This document shows positions 17,696 through 26,510 of a stretch of DNA of 34,796 nt, one piece after another. The notes under the pieces were generated by a model, which was not told the origin of the DNA, made no database searches, and saw only the letters and a list, made by a program, of their open reading frames with translations. Each line of letters starts with the position of its first letter. Position 1 is the stretch's first letter. The DNA comes from Elusimicrobiota bacterium (GTDB lineage: Bacteria; CG03; SLGR01; JAGXOG01): assembly GCA_051745145.1 (NCBI GenBank), contig JBNJDT010000012.1, positions 1 to 34,796 on the forward strand. Reading direction: 5' to 3'. The position numbers and the translations under genes were made by a program.

Positions 17696-18928
17696 TTAAT
17701 CTTTAAGTTTTCTTCTTTCGCCTACCTGAAAAAATTCCCAGTTTAAGGAATTGTATTTCTTTATCTTACGGTTATACTCTTTAACTAATCTGTTATACCT
17801 GTCCAGGTCTTCTCTGTAATTCTTATGTTTTTCCCTGTATATTTCCACCATATTATTGTATTTATCTACGTTATTTCTTTTTTTCTCCTGTTTCATCTTC
17901 TTGATATACCGGGTTATTTCTCTCTCTTTGCGGCTAACTTTTCCCTTAAGTCTTTCTATCATATTCTTATCAACAGCTGCTGAATCGTATAACTGTATAA
18001 TCCGGTTTCTCTTATCCATCACCTCTTTTATCCCGGTATATTCTTTTCCCGTATGTTTTTGATATATTTCAACTTCTCCTAATTTTTCGGTGGAAATTTC
18101 GGGGAAAATGCCTGAATCTCTTCCGGTGTCCAAAATATCTTTCTTTTCAAATTTATAATTTTGAACCGGCATCACCCCTGAATCCTCGCCGAATTCGGGG
18201 ATTATACCCGGGGGAAGCCCGAAAACCGTTGACTCTACATAACAGTAACCGGAATCGTAGTTAGAGTACTTATCGGGTACCTGCAAGCCCAGAGCCAGAT
18301 GCTGGCGTTCTTCATAGATAAAGAAAGCCCACCCGTAACCCAGATCCTCTAAAATAAGGGCCCCCAGGAAACTCTTCCCGCTGCAGGTTCCCCGCTTTTT
18401 GTAGAGCACTTCATAAGGGTATTTTACGGACTGTTCTTCTTTTAAAATCCGGTCGGCGTTTTCCCGGTCGTAGGGAATTGACTGTATAAAAGTTATTACC
18501 AGTTCCACTATCTCATCATCGCTTAAACTTCTCCGGTCCCCCATCTTTTTTATCTTCCGGGCAATAACAGAAAATATGTTTTCCCTGCCCGGCACCGTTG
18601 TAAAAAGAGCATAAAATTTTTCCTGCCAGTCCCGGGGCGGTCCTTTAAAATCCAGGTATGAAACAGATTTGGGCTGACCGGCATAAAATTTATACAATGA
18701 TTCGTATAAAGTTAAATCCAGCCGGTATGGCCGATTTTTATACCACCATCTGAATGTTACAGGTTTTTCACCTTTCAGGGAGGGATAACTGTTGAAAACG
18801 CCTTTTTGGGTATAAGGTAAAAAGAGGTCCTCCAGCCATGATGCGCCGGCCGGTCTGGTGCCCCAAAGCATAATAAAGAAAAAAGTAAACAGGACAATAC
18901 ATATGCAGCTGCCCTTCCTCTTTTTCAT
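17696..18928 (-). CDS. Exported transglutaminase-like cysteine-protease-fold protein with C-terminal coiled coil
   Basis: N-terminal hydrophobic signal; FIQSIPYD...YPYEVLY..GTCSGKS, HLALG and YVEST give a candidate Cys-His-acidic triad; K/R/E-rich helical tail. Confidence 0.6.
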   Translation of the reverse strand: MKKRKGSCICIVLFTFFFIMLWGTRPAGASWLEDLFLPYTQKGVFNSYPSLKGEKPVTFRWWYKNRPYRLDLTLYESLYKFYAGQPKSVSYLDFKGPPRDWQEKFYALFTTVPGRENIFSVIARKIKKMGDRRSLSDDEIVELVITFIQSIPYDRENADRILKEEQSVKYPYEVLYKKRGTCSGKSFLGALILEDLGYGWAFFIYEERQHLALGLQVPDKYSNYDSGYCYVESTVFGLPPGIIPEFGEDSGVMPVQNYKFEKKDILDTGRDSGIFPEISTEKLGEVEIYQKHTGKEYTGIKEVMDKRNRIIQLYDSAAVDKNMIERLKGKVSRKEREITRYIKKMKQEKKRNNVDKYNNMVEIYREKHKNYREDLDRYNRLVKEYNRKIKKYNSLNWEFFQVGERRKLKD

Positions 18929-20136
18929 GCTCTATCTTTGTCGGATAACATAATTCCCGCCCGGTAAAGAGTACCGGTTCCGTATTTCTTTCTGAGTTTG
19001 TCCATTGCCCCGTCCAATTTTTTCTCCTCTTTACCGGGCCCCTTATTAAAAAGGTCCATCTGCTTTTGCCCTTTGGAAAAATTACTGACTTTCACCCCTA
19101 AAAGCCGGACCCCTTCTCTTTTATCGGTGAATTCACCATACAATTTTAAAACCGACTTAAATATAGTTTCTGTACTGTCGAGGGGATATTCTATCGTTTT
19201 ATCCCGGGTAAAGGTATTAAAACCGGTCAACCTGATTTTTAGGGATACTGTTCTGCCTTTGAGCCCTTTGTCCCTGAGCCGCCGGGAAACTTTCCCGGAC
19301 AGCTCCAGCAAGACTGCCTTTATTTTTTCTCCATCGGTACTGTTTTTTTCAAAAGTATATTCGTGACTTACTGATTTTACCGGCCGGAAAGTCTCTATTT
19401 TTCTATTATCTATTCCTCTGGCCAGGCGCCAGAAATGCAGTCCTCTTTTGCCAAATTTATCATAGAGTTCCCCCTTATCTTTTTGGGCCAGCTCCTTTAC
19501 CGTCCGGATCCCCATCTTTTTTAAAGCGGCTGCGGTCTTTTCTCCCACCCCCCATATTTTCTCCACGTCCAGAGGAAATAAAAATTCTTTTATCTTATTT
19601 TTTTTAACTACTGTTAAACCATCGGGTTTGTCAAAATCACTTCCTATTTTAGCTATAAATTTGTTTGGAGCCAGTCCTAAAGAAGCGGTAAGTCCGGTTT
19701 GAGTTTTTATCTCTTTTTTTATTCTCCGGGCTGTCTTTTCGGGAGTGCCGAACAGATGATAACTTCCCGTGATATCCAGGAAAGCTTCATCTATGCTTAT
19801 CTTTTCTATTTGGGGAGTAAAATTCTGAAGTATTTCAAAAATTTCCCGGGAGACTTTGGTGTATTTTTCCATTCTAACGGGTAAAAACACCGCACCGGGA
19901 CACTTGCGATAAGCTACTGAGATGGGCATGGCCGAATGGACGCCGTACTTCCTGGCCCGGTAGGAACAGGCCGAAACCACGCCCCGGCCGGTTCCCCCTT
20001 TTGGATCAGCTCCCACTATTACCGGCTTCTTCCGGTACCCGGGATTATCCCTTTGTTCCACCGAGGCGAAAAAAGCGTCCATATCCACATGGACAATATA
20101 CCGGTCTGTATAGTATTTTTTTAACGGGGCTAGCAT
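18925..20136 (-). CDS. dinB: DNA polymerase IV
   Basis: HVDMDAFFASVE, SYRARKYGV, SIDEAFLD; QMDLF clamp-binding motif. Confidence 0.95.
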   Translation of the reverse strand: MLAPLKKYYTDRYIVHVDMDAFFASVEQRDNPGYRKKPVIVGADPKGGTGRGVVSACSYRARKYGVHSAMPISVAYRKCPGAVFLPVRMEKYTKVSREIFEILQNFTPQIEKISIDEAFLDITGSYHLFGTPEKTARRIKKEIKTQTGLTASLGLAPNKFIAKIGSDFDKPDGLTVVKKNKIKEFLFPLDVEKIWGVGEKTAAALKKMGIRTVKELAQKDKGELYDKFGKRGLHFWRLARGIDNRKIETFRPVKSVSHEYTFEKNSTDGEKIKAVLLELSGKVSRRLRDKGLKGRTVSLKIRLTGFNTFTRDKTIEYPLDSTETIFKSVLKLYGEFTDKREGVRLLGVKVSNFSKGQKQMDLFNKGPGKEEKKLDGAMDKLRKKYGTGTLYRAGIMLSDKDRA

Positions 20137-20160
20137 ATTTTAAATTTAATTACCCGCGCT

Positions 20161-21267
20161 CTACCGGGGTAATTCTATGAGGTTGTATTCTCTTTCTCCC
20201 AGCCCGATTTCTTGAGCATAACTGAACATCGCTTCCGGGTCGGTCCGGGGATGACCGGCTTTAAATTTATCGTCTCCCTTTTCTAATTGACCGGCCTTGC
20301 TGTTTTTAAGGGGCTCGGCTTCTTTCACCTTATCATACGAAGCCTGGTCTAAGGCCACAGGATCCTTAGAAGCCATTATTCCTATATCCCCCGTAAGGGG
20401 AGCGTCAGAATAACCGTAGCAGTCGCATTCGGGAGTTATATCTTCGAGAAAGTTAAAAAACCATATCCTGTCATGCTTGGGTTTTACCACCCCCAGGGCG
20501 TACTCCGCGGTTCTCTTCTGGGCCTCGGAAAAATCCATATCCCATTTTATCTTCACCGCTTCCTCCGGGCAGACCATTATGCAGTGACCGCATCCGGTAC
20601 AGATATCCCGGTCTATGGCCGCGCCGGCTTCGGTCATTTCTATGGCATCTACCGGACAATGTCTTATGCAGGCTGCGCATTTTGTGCAGCTGCTCTTTTC
20701 AACTTCCGGTTTAACAGAAGAATGCAAAGAAAGTTTTCCCTCTTTGACGGCCAGGCCCATCCCTATATTTTTTACCGCTCCCCCAAAACCAAACATCTCA
20801 TGCCCTTTAAAATGGGATAGAACTACCATCCCCCGGGCCCGGTGGGCCTCCCCGGCTATCTTTACCTTATTATAATATTGGCCGTTAACCTCAACCTGTT
20901 CTACATTTTTACTGTCCATCCCGTCGGCAATAACAATAGGAGCACCGGTAACCGAATAGGAAAATCCGTTTTTTATAGCCGTATTCAGATGCCTTACACC
21001 GTCGGCCCGGGGACCCTGATAAATTGTATTGGCGTCGGTTAAAAAGGGATGCGCTTTACAATTTTTAATCTCCCGGGTAAAAGGTTTTACGTACACCGGT
21101 CTTAAAAAAGTAGTAAGTCCCGGTTCGCCAAAATGCAGTTTTACGGCTACAGTATCATTTTCTTTTAATTTATCTTTCATGTCCATTTTCATTATAAGAT
21201 TTTTTAACCTGTCTATTACAGAATTATCGATGTCAGCTCTCCGGTCTATAAAATATACGTCACTCAT
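20161..21267 (-). CDS. DUF362 family protein with inserted 2x[4Fe-4S] ferredoxin domain
   Basis: AVKLHFGEPG; HFKGHEMFGFGGAVKNIGMG; two CxxCxxCxxxCP motifs; ITPECDC; DPVALD. Confidence 0.88.
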   Translation of the reverse strand: MSDVYFIDRRADIDNSVIDRLKNLIMKMDMKDKLKENDTVAVKLHFGEPGLTTFLRPVYVKPFTREIKNCKAHPFLTDANTIYQGPRADGVRHLNTAIKNGFSYSVTGAPIVIADGMDSKNVEQVEVNGQYYNKVKIAGEAHRARGMVVLSHFKGHEMFGFGGAVKNIGMGLAVKEGKLSLHSSVKPEVEKSSCTKCAACIRHCPVDAIEMTEAGAAIDRDICTGCGHCIMVCPEEAVKIKWDMDFSEAQKRTAEYALGVVKPKHDRIWFFNFLEDITPECDCYGYSDAPLTGDIGIMASKDPVALDQASYDKVKEAEPLKNSKAGQLEKGDDKFKAGHPRTDPEAMFSYAQEIGLGEREYNLIELPR

Positions 21268-22372
21268 TTTTAAACTCCTCCATAATTTTTTTTCTCAATT
21301 CCATAATCCCAAGCTCACTTTTCCCGGCCAGTTTTTTTAAATCCTCATATTCGGGTTTATATTTAAGGCCGCCGTTATACCTGTATTTTTTTATCCGGCA
21401 TTTCCCGTAAGATGAGTTAAATTCTTCCATATCCCGGTCTAATACCCGCCGGTTTATTTCCAAAACTCTAAAACCCGCCGTGGACGTTTCTTTTAAAATT
21501 AAATCTTTTACCCGCTCAAAATTTTTATCTTTGCAGAGTATCTCTATTTTATGGCCGGGTCGACCTTTTTTCATCAATACGGGAACTAACCATACATCTA
21601 CCGCAAGAGAGGAGAGTTTTTCGATAAAATATCCTATATCCTCCCCGGTCATATCATCCACATTAAAAGAAATCTGGTTTAATTTTGCTCCCCCGTCAAC
21701 GGTTTTACCCCGGATAACCCGTAAAATGCTTCTCTTTCCAATGCCGTATCCCGTTCTGCCGGTAATTATATCCGGAATATTAAAATCAACGGTCTCTTTT
21801 AAAATCGCCGCCCCGGTGGGAGTTAAAAGCTCTCCGTCTTTATCTTTTATCCTAACCGGCATATCTTTTATAATTTCGGCGGTGGCCGGTGCAGGCAGGG
21901 GTATTTCGCCGTGAGCTGTTTTTAGGGTACCTCCTCCCACGGCCAGAGATTTACAGTACAATTTTTCTCCCTCGGTTAAAAGCAAAAATGAGAGAATTTC
22001 CGCAAAGGTATCCAGCCCCCCAATCTCGTGCAGGTGAACTTCCTCCAACGCCACCCCGTGAACCGCGGCCTCCGCTTTAAATATCCGGGTATATATTCCC
22101 ATCAGTTTCTGTTCTGTTTTTTGGGATAATTTAAGTTTTCCCGCTAAACTTTTAATTTTATCCAAAGTATTTAATTTTTTCTGCGGACCCTTAAATTTTA
22201 CCCGGGTTCCGGCCAGGGAATTTTTGGTAATTTCCCGTATATCCACCCGGATATCTTCCAGTCCACTCTTTTTTAGTTTAAAGGCCAGTTCTTTTGGCTC
22301 ATCAGCCGTATCTAAAAGTGCGCCCACAAGCATATCCCCGGAGGCCCCGTTAAAACAGTCAAACAGGATCAT
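21260..22372 (-). CDS. larC: Nickel-pincer cofactor nickel insertase LarC
   Basis: FDCFNGASGDMLVGALLD, AEAAVHG..VHLHEIG, PAPATAEI, GELLTPTGAA, MKKGRPG, KPEYED. Confidence 0.9.
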   Translation of the reverse strand: MILFDCFNGASGDMLVGALLDTADEPKELAFKLKKSGLEDIRVDIREITKNSLAGTRVKFKGPQKKLNTLDKIKSLAGKLKLSQKTEQKLMGIYTRIFKAEAAVHGVALEEVHLHEIGGLDTFAEILSFLLLTEGEKLYCKSLAVGGGTLKTAHGEIPLPAPATAEIIKDMPVRIKDKDGELLTPTGAAILKETVDFNIPDIITGRTGYGIGKRSILRVIRGKTVDGGAKLNQISFNVDDMTGEDIGYFIEKLSSLAVDVWLVPVLMKKGRPGHKIEILCKDKNFERVKDLILKETSTAGFRVLEINRRVLDRDMEEFNSSYGKCRIKKYRYNGGLKYKPEYEDLKKLAGKSELGIMELRKKIMEEFKNE

Positions 22373-23121
22373 GATCCGTTAATTAAAGATGCAGTATAAC
22401 CGGCCCCGAAACCGTTGTCTATATTTACCACAGTCACCCCCGGTGCGCAGGAATTCAACATTGTAAGAAGAGGGGCTAACCCGTCAAAGTTAGCTCCGTA
22501 TCCCGTGGAAGTGGGAACGGCTATGACCGGACAGGGTACCAGACCCCCGGCCACCGAAGGAAGCACGCCGTCCATGCCGGCCACCACGATTAAAACCCTG
22601 CTCTCTTTAAAAGTATCTACATCCGCCAAAAACCGGTGAACTCCGGATACTCCGGCGTCAAATACCTCCCTGACCCGGTTACCCATGGCTTTTAAGGTTG
22701 CTGTTGCCTCCCGGGCCACGGGTATATCGGCTGTCCCCGCCGTGACCACGGGAACGGGGCGGGAAGATTTGTCATCTTCCGGCCGGTCCCCTACTATAAC
22801 CGCCCGGCCTTTGGGAAAATATTCATGCCCGGGCAGATCTTCTTCTATTTTTTTATATTTATCTTCCCCTATTCGGGTAATTAAGACCCTCCTGCTTTGT
22901 TCAAAGATTTTTCCGGAGATATTTAGAATTTCCCCGGCGGTCTTACCTTTTCCGAATATAACCTCGGGATACCCCTTGCGATCGGCACGGTTATGGTCGA
23001 TACGGGCGTAACTTAACTGTTCAAAAGAGAGGTTTTTAATTTTTTGGACCGCCTCGGTGGTCTTCAACTTTCCCTTTTGTATATCCTCTATCAGCTTTTT
23101 ATATTTTTTATCCGGTTCCAT
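22369..23121 (-). CDS. larB: Nickel-pincer cofactor carboxylase/hydrolase LarB
   Basis: R..RKGYPEVIFGKGK, TAGTADIP, VVAGMDGVLPSV, PTSTGYGA, CAPGVTVVNIDNGFGAG. Confidence 0.93.
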   Translation of the reverse strand: MEPDKKYKKLIEDIQKGKLKTTEAVQKIKNLSFEQLSYARIDHNRADRKGYPEVIFGKGKTAGEILNISGKIFEQSRRVLITRIGEDKYKKIEEDLPGHEYFPKGRAVIVGDRPEDDKSSRPVPVVTAGTADIPVAREATATLKAMGNRVREVFDAGVSGVHRFLADVDTFKESRVLIVVAGMDGVLPSVAGGLVPCPVIAVPTSTGYGANFDGLAPLLTMLNSCAPGVTVVNIDNGFGAGYTASLINGS

Positions 23122-23923
23122 AATTTTTGCCTTTAATTACCCGGTTCATTTTTCCGGAGCCGTACCCCTCAAGATCCACCGAAATATAGTCAAACCCCAG
23201 CTCCCGGAATTTCTCAACTACTTCGTCTCTAATTTCTAATATATCCTCTATTTTTTCTCCGGACACTTCAATTCTGGCCGTGGTCCCGTCGCTGCGGACC
23301 CGGCAGATTCTAAATCCTCTATCTTTAAGAAATTTCTCCCCGGCTTTAATCATCTCTAAATTTTTACTGTCTATTTTTGTCCCATAGGGTACCCGGGAAG
23401 CAGCGCATACCGTCGAAGGCCGGTCATAACCGGGAATACCCAGTTCTTTGGATATTTCTCTTATATTATCTTTATTCCACCCGAATTTTATAAAGGGACT
23501 GATAACTCCCAGCTCGACGGCGGCCTTAAGACCCGGCCGGTAGTCATTAGTATCCGCAATATGAGAAGCGTCTAAAACATTCTCTATATCCCGGTCCCCG
23601 GCTATTCTGAATAACTCGGTAAACAGTTCTTTTTTGCAGTAATAACACCTTTCTTTATCGTTTCTGCTAAAATCCGGATCTGTAAGTTCATCGGTCTCTA
23701 TAATTTCGTGATCTATGCCGTATCTATAGGTAAAATCCCGGGCCTGTTTTAAAGAACTTTCGGGATAAGTTTCGGAAATCGAAGTAACAGCCAGAAAATT
23801 CCGGATACCCGATTCTTTCAAAAGATATAAAAGAAGTGTGGAGTCTACTCCTCCCGAATAAGCTAAAACAGCGGAGCCCAAATTTTTCAGGTAGTCTTTT
23901 ATCTGGGGTACTTCCCCGGTCAT
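23108..23923 (-). CDS. larE: ATP-dependent sulfur transferase LarE
   Basis: PP-loop AYSGGVDS, RCYYCK, DYRPG, CAASRVPYG, DLEGYGSGKMN. Confidence 0.92.
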   Translation of the reverse strand: MTGEVPQIKDYLKNLGSAVLAYSGGVDSTLLLYLLKESGIRNFLAVTSISETYPESSLKQARDFTYRYGIDHEIIETDELTDPDFSRNDKERCYYCKKELFTELFRIAGDRDIENVLDASHIADTNDYRPGLKAAVELGVISPFIKFGWNKDNIREISKELGIPGYDRPSTVCAASRVPYGTKIDSKNLEMIKAGEKFLKDRGFRICRVRSDGTTARIEVSGEKIEDILEIRDEVVEKFRELGFDYISVDLEGYGSGKMNRVIKGKNYGTG

Positions 23924-23928
23924 ATTAT

Positions 23929-24450
23929 TTACTCACCGGGATATTTTATAAGTGAATCCACCCTGTAAGGTTCCAGGCGCTTACGGCCGTTTATACCCTC
24001 GAGTTCTATTAAAAAGCTCAAGCCCAAAATATTGGCCGGAACTTTTTCCACCAGCTCAATAGTAGCTTCGGTAGTTCCCCCGGTAGCCAGAAGGTCATCG
24101 ACAATTATAACATTGTCTTTAGGCTCAAGGGCATCTTTGTGCATTTCCAGCACATCTTCGCCGTATTCAAGTTCATATTTTACCCTCAAAGATTCTGCGG
24201 GCAGTTTCCCCTCTTTACGGACCAGAATAAGCCCGGCATTAAGCTGCAGGGCAACCGGGGCCCCGAATATAAAACCGCGGGACTCAACGGCCAGTACTTT
24301 ATCTACCTTTTTGTTTTTGTAATTACTGCACATCCAGTCTATAGACTCTTTAAACGCATCCCGATTTTTTATAAGAGTGGTTATATCTTTAAACTGTACT
24401 CCATCCTTGGGAAAATCCGGAACATTTCTTATAAGCTTTTCTAAATCCAT
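23929..24450 (-). CDS. apt: Adenine phosphoribosyltransferase
   Basis: PDFPKDGVQFKDIT, ESRGF, RKEGKLP, YELEYG, VDDLLATGGT. Confidence 0.96.
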   Translation of the reverse strand: MDLEKLIRNVPDFPKDGVQFKDITTLIKNRDAFKESIDWMCSNYKNKKVDKVLAVESRGFIFGAPVALQLNAGLILVRKEGKLPAESLRVKYELEYGEDVLEMHKDALEPKDNVIIVDDLLATGGTTEATIELVEKVPANILGLSFLIELEGINGRKRLEPYRVDSLIKYPGE

Positions 24451-24451
24451 T

Positions 24452-25306
24452 TTACTCCTCTTTTTTTTCCTGTTCTTCTTCTTCTTTTTCTATTTTTTTA
24501 GCTGCTTTTTTTAATTTATTAAGAGCTTTTTCCTGTATCTGTCGGACCCTCTCCCTGGAAATATCCAGTTTTTCTCCCACATCTTTTAAAGTATGGGGAT
24601 GAGTGGTCTCCATGCCAAATCTCAACTTAACTATCTTTTTTTCTCTATCCGTAACATTTTCAAGTAATTCCTCAAGCTGCTGGTGTACCCCTATAATACC
24701 CATGGCGTCCTCAGGGGTTGTATTTTTGGAGGCGGCTATTGTAGCCTTTAAGGGAATATCAAACCCGTTGGCTATAGGAGCGTCTAACGAGGGAATCTCC
24801 TTAAAAACCCGGATATAATATCTAAACTTTTTGACGTCTTTCTGTTTTATTCCGGTCTCTTCAGCAAGATCTTTGGTAGAAGGTTTTTGACCGCTGTTTT
24901 TTAATATTTTGTCCCAGGCCGCCATAATTTTTCTCAGATCCTGGTAAATATAGACCGGTATATGGACCGACTTGGTATGACTTAATACCGCTCTTCTTAT
25001 ATACTCTTTAATCCAGTCATAGGCATAGGTGGAAAATTTAGTTCCCTTGTCCGGATCGTACTTATTGGAAGCGGCAATCAGCCCCATATTTCCGGCTTCT
25101 ATAAGATCATTTAAAGCTACACCCCGCCGGTTAAACTTTTTCGCTATACTGATTACCAGACGGAGATTACCCAGAATTAATCTCTCTTTAGCCTTCTCAT
25201 CGCCTTTCCTAAACCGGGGTATGAGTTCCTCGAGTTCCTCTTCGGATACCTGAGGTATTTTAGAAACTTCCTTTAAATAGATCTTTATTGAATCTAATTT
25301 AGCCAT
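24452..25306 (-). CDS. Sigma70-family factor (RpoS/RpoD-like, regions 1.2-4, no region 1.1)
   Basis: DSIKIYLKEV, NLRLVISIAK, DLIEAGNMGL, KFSTYA, SLDAPI, SRERVRQI. Confidence 0.9.
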   Translation of the reverse strand: MAKLDSIKIYLKEVSKIPQVSEEELEELIPRFRKGDEKAKERLILGNLRLVISIAKKFNRRGVALNDLIEAGNMGLIAASNKYDPDKGTKFSTYAYDWIKEYIRRAVLSHTKSVHIPVYIYQDLRKIMAAWDKILKNSGQKPSTKDLAEETGIKQKDVKKFRYYIRVFKEIPSLDAPIANGFDIPLKATIAASKNTTPEDAMGIIGVHQQLEELLENVTDREKKIVKLRFGMETTHPHTLKDVGEKLDISRERVRQIQEKALNKLKKAAKKIEKEEEEQEKKEE

Positions 25307-25354
25307 TATATATCTTATTTTCCTCCTTTATTAATTTATATATATTTTACGGCA

Positions 25355-26002
25355 TTACGGCAGTATATAAAGCGGGTTCCGGGGTTTTTCCCTATATCTT
25401 ATTTCAAAATAAAGGAACGGCTCAGAGGCCCAGCCCGTACTTCCTACCAGAGCAATTTTATCGCCTTTCTCCACTTGTTCTTCTTCTTTTACCGTATTTT
25501 CTTTATTATGAGCATACACCGTCGAATACTCTCCTTTATGCTCGATTATAACAATTTTTCCGTAAGACCTAAAACTGTCACTGACATATATAACTTTTCC
25601 GTCCTGGGCAGCGGCCACAGGAGTTCCCTCCATTGCCTTTATTCCTATACCCATATGTCTTTTGTTGTCAATCTGGCCAAACTTTTGAACGACATCCCCT
25701 TTTACAGGCCAGATAAAATCTAAATCTTCTACTTCTTCCCCGGACTCACGGTCACCGGTTTTCGGTTTCCGGGAACGGTGCACTCTTCTTGCCCCCGGTA
25801 TATATACCTGCTGGCCTTTTTTTATATTACCGGGATCACCGATATTTTTATTTGCCTTAATAATTTCTTCCATCTTCACATCATAATTCCGGGATAAAGA
25901 CCAGAACGTTTCCCCCTCCTCAACTCTGTGATATCTTCCCGGGCCAAAATAAGTACACCCGGACAGCAGCACAGCCAATACTAATAACTCAAAGAACTTC
26001 AA
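25355..26002 (-). CDS. nlpD: LysM/M23 peptidase-family lipoprotein (NlpD-like)
   Basis: TTG start; lipobox LLSGC; LysM (HRVEEGETFWSLS); M23 WPVKG, YAHN, LYFEIR with degenerate metal ligands, as in NlpD/EnvC-type activators. Confidence 0.8.
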   Translation of the reverse strand: MKFFELLVLAVLLSGCTYFGPGRYHRVEEGETFWSLSRNYDVKMEEIIKANKNIGDPGNIKKGQQVYIPGARRVHRSRKPKTGDRESGEEVEDLDFIWPVKGDVVQKFGQIDNKRHMGIGIKAMEGTPVAAAQDGKVIYVSDSFRSYGKIVIIEHKGEYSTVYAHNKENTVKEEEQVEKGDKIALVGSTGWASEPFLYFEIRYREKPRNPLYILP

Positions 26003-26287
26003 TTAAAATCGAACTTCAAAAGTTTCAAAACTATAGGAATCAGCCGGTTTATATTCTACGTCCATATCCGTCACATTAGCCGAGCGGGGCCCTCTTTTTA
26101 AAAGTTTTAAAAATTTTTCCATAGTTTCTTCATCGGCTTTGGCCACCGCTTCAACTTCTCCCGTGGGCAAATTTTTAACATACCCTTTAACCCCCATACG
26201 CTGGGCGTTTTTACGGGTAAAGTGTCTGAATCCCACCATTTGAACTCTACCTTTTATTAAAATTTTAGCAACTTTTTTATTTTCCAT
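26003..26287 (-). CDS. acyP: Acylphosphatase
   Basis: GRVQMVGFR (canonical GRVQGVGFR), GYVKNL.TGEVE, GPRSANV. Confidence 0.9.
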   Translation of the reverse strand: MENKKVAKILIKGRVQMVGFRHFTRKNAQRMGVKGYVKNLPTGEVEAVAKADEETMEKFLKLLKRGPRSANVTDMDVEYKPADSYSFETFEVRF

Positions 26288-26483
26288 AATACTATCTTTT
26301 ATTTACTTTTCCCCACCCTTTTCCCTCGCTTAGCTTAAAAAGCTAACCTCACGATTCGGTCGCTCACTGCCGTTCACTTCTTTCACTATCTCCATTTAGG
26401 AGCGTTCTCTCCCTCATCCATTTGAACTCTACCTTTTATTAAAATTTTAGCAACTTTTTTATTTTCCATAATACTATCTTTTA
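26236..26483. repeat. 66-bp perfect direct repeat (26236-26301 and 26418-26483) duplicating the acyP 5' end
   Basis: ccatttgaactctacc...ccataatactatctttta is identical in both copies at an offset of 182; about 15 bp of imperfect extension follows. Confidence 0.95.
26386..26469 (-). pseudogene. Truncated acyP 5' copy (27-codon mini-ORF)
   Basis: Reads MENKKVAKILIKGRVQM then DEGENAPKWR-TAG. Confidence 0.7.
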
Positions 26484-26510
26484 CTTACGTTTTCCCACGT
26501 TTTAAGAATT

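Noticed and set aside
25307..25330. AGGAGG about 15 nt upstream of the sigma ATG suggesting another start
   Set aside because: The in-frame ATA codons are poorly spaced from it; there is no support for a different start.
26236..26483. Repeat as DGR template/variable pair, CRISPR unit or integron attC
   Set aside because: Copies are identical with no adenine-specific differences, there are only two, the attC cores do not match properly, and no RT, cas or integrase is in the window.
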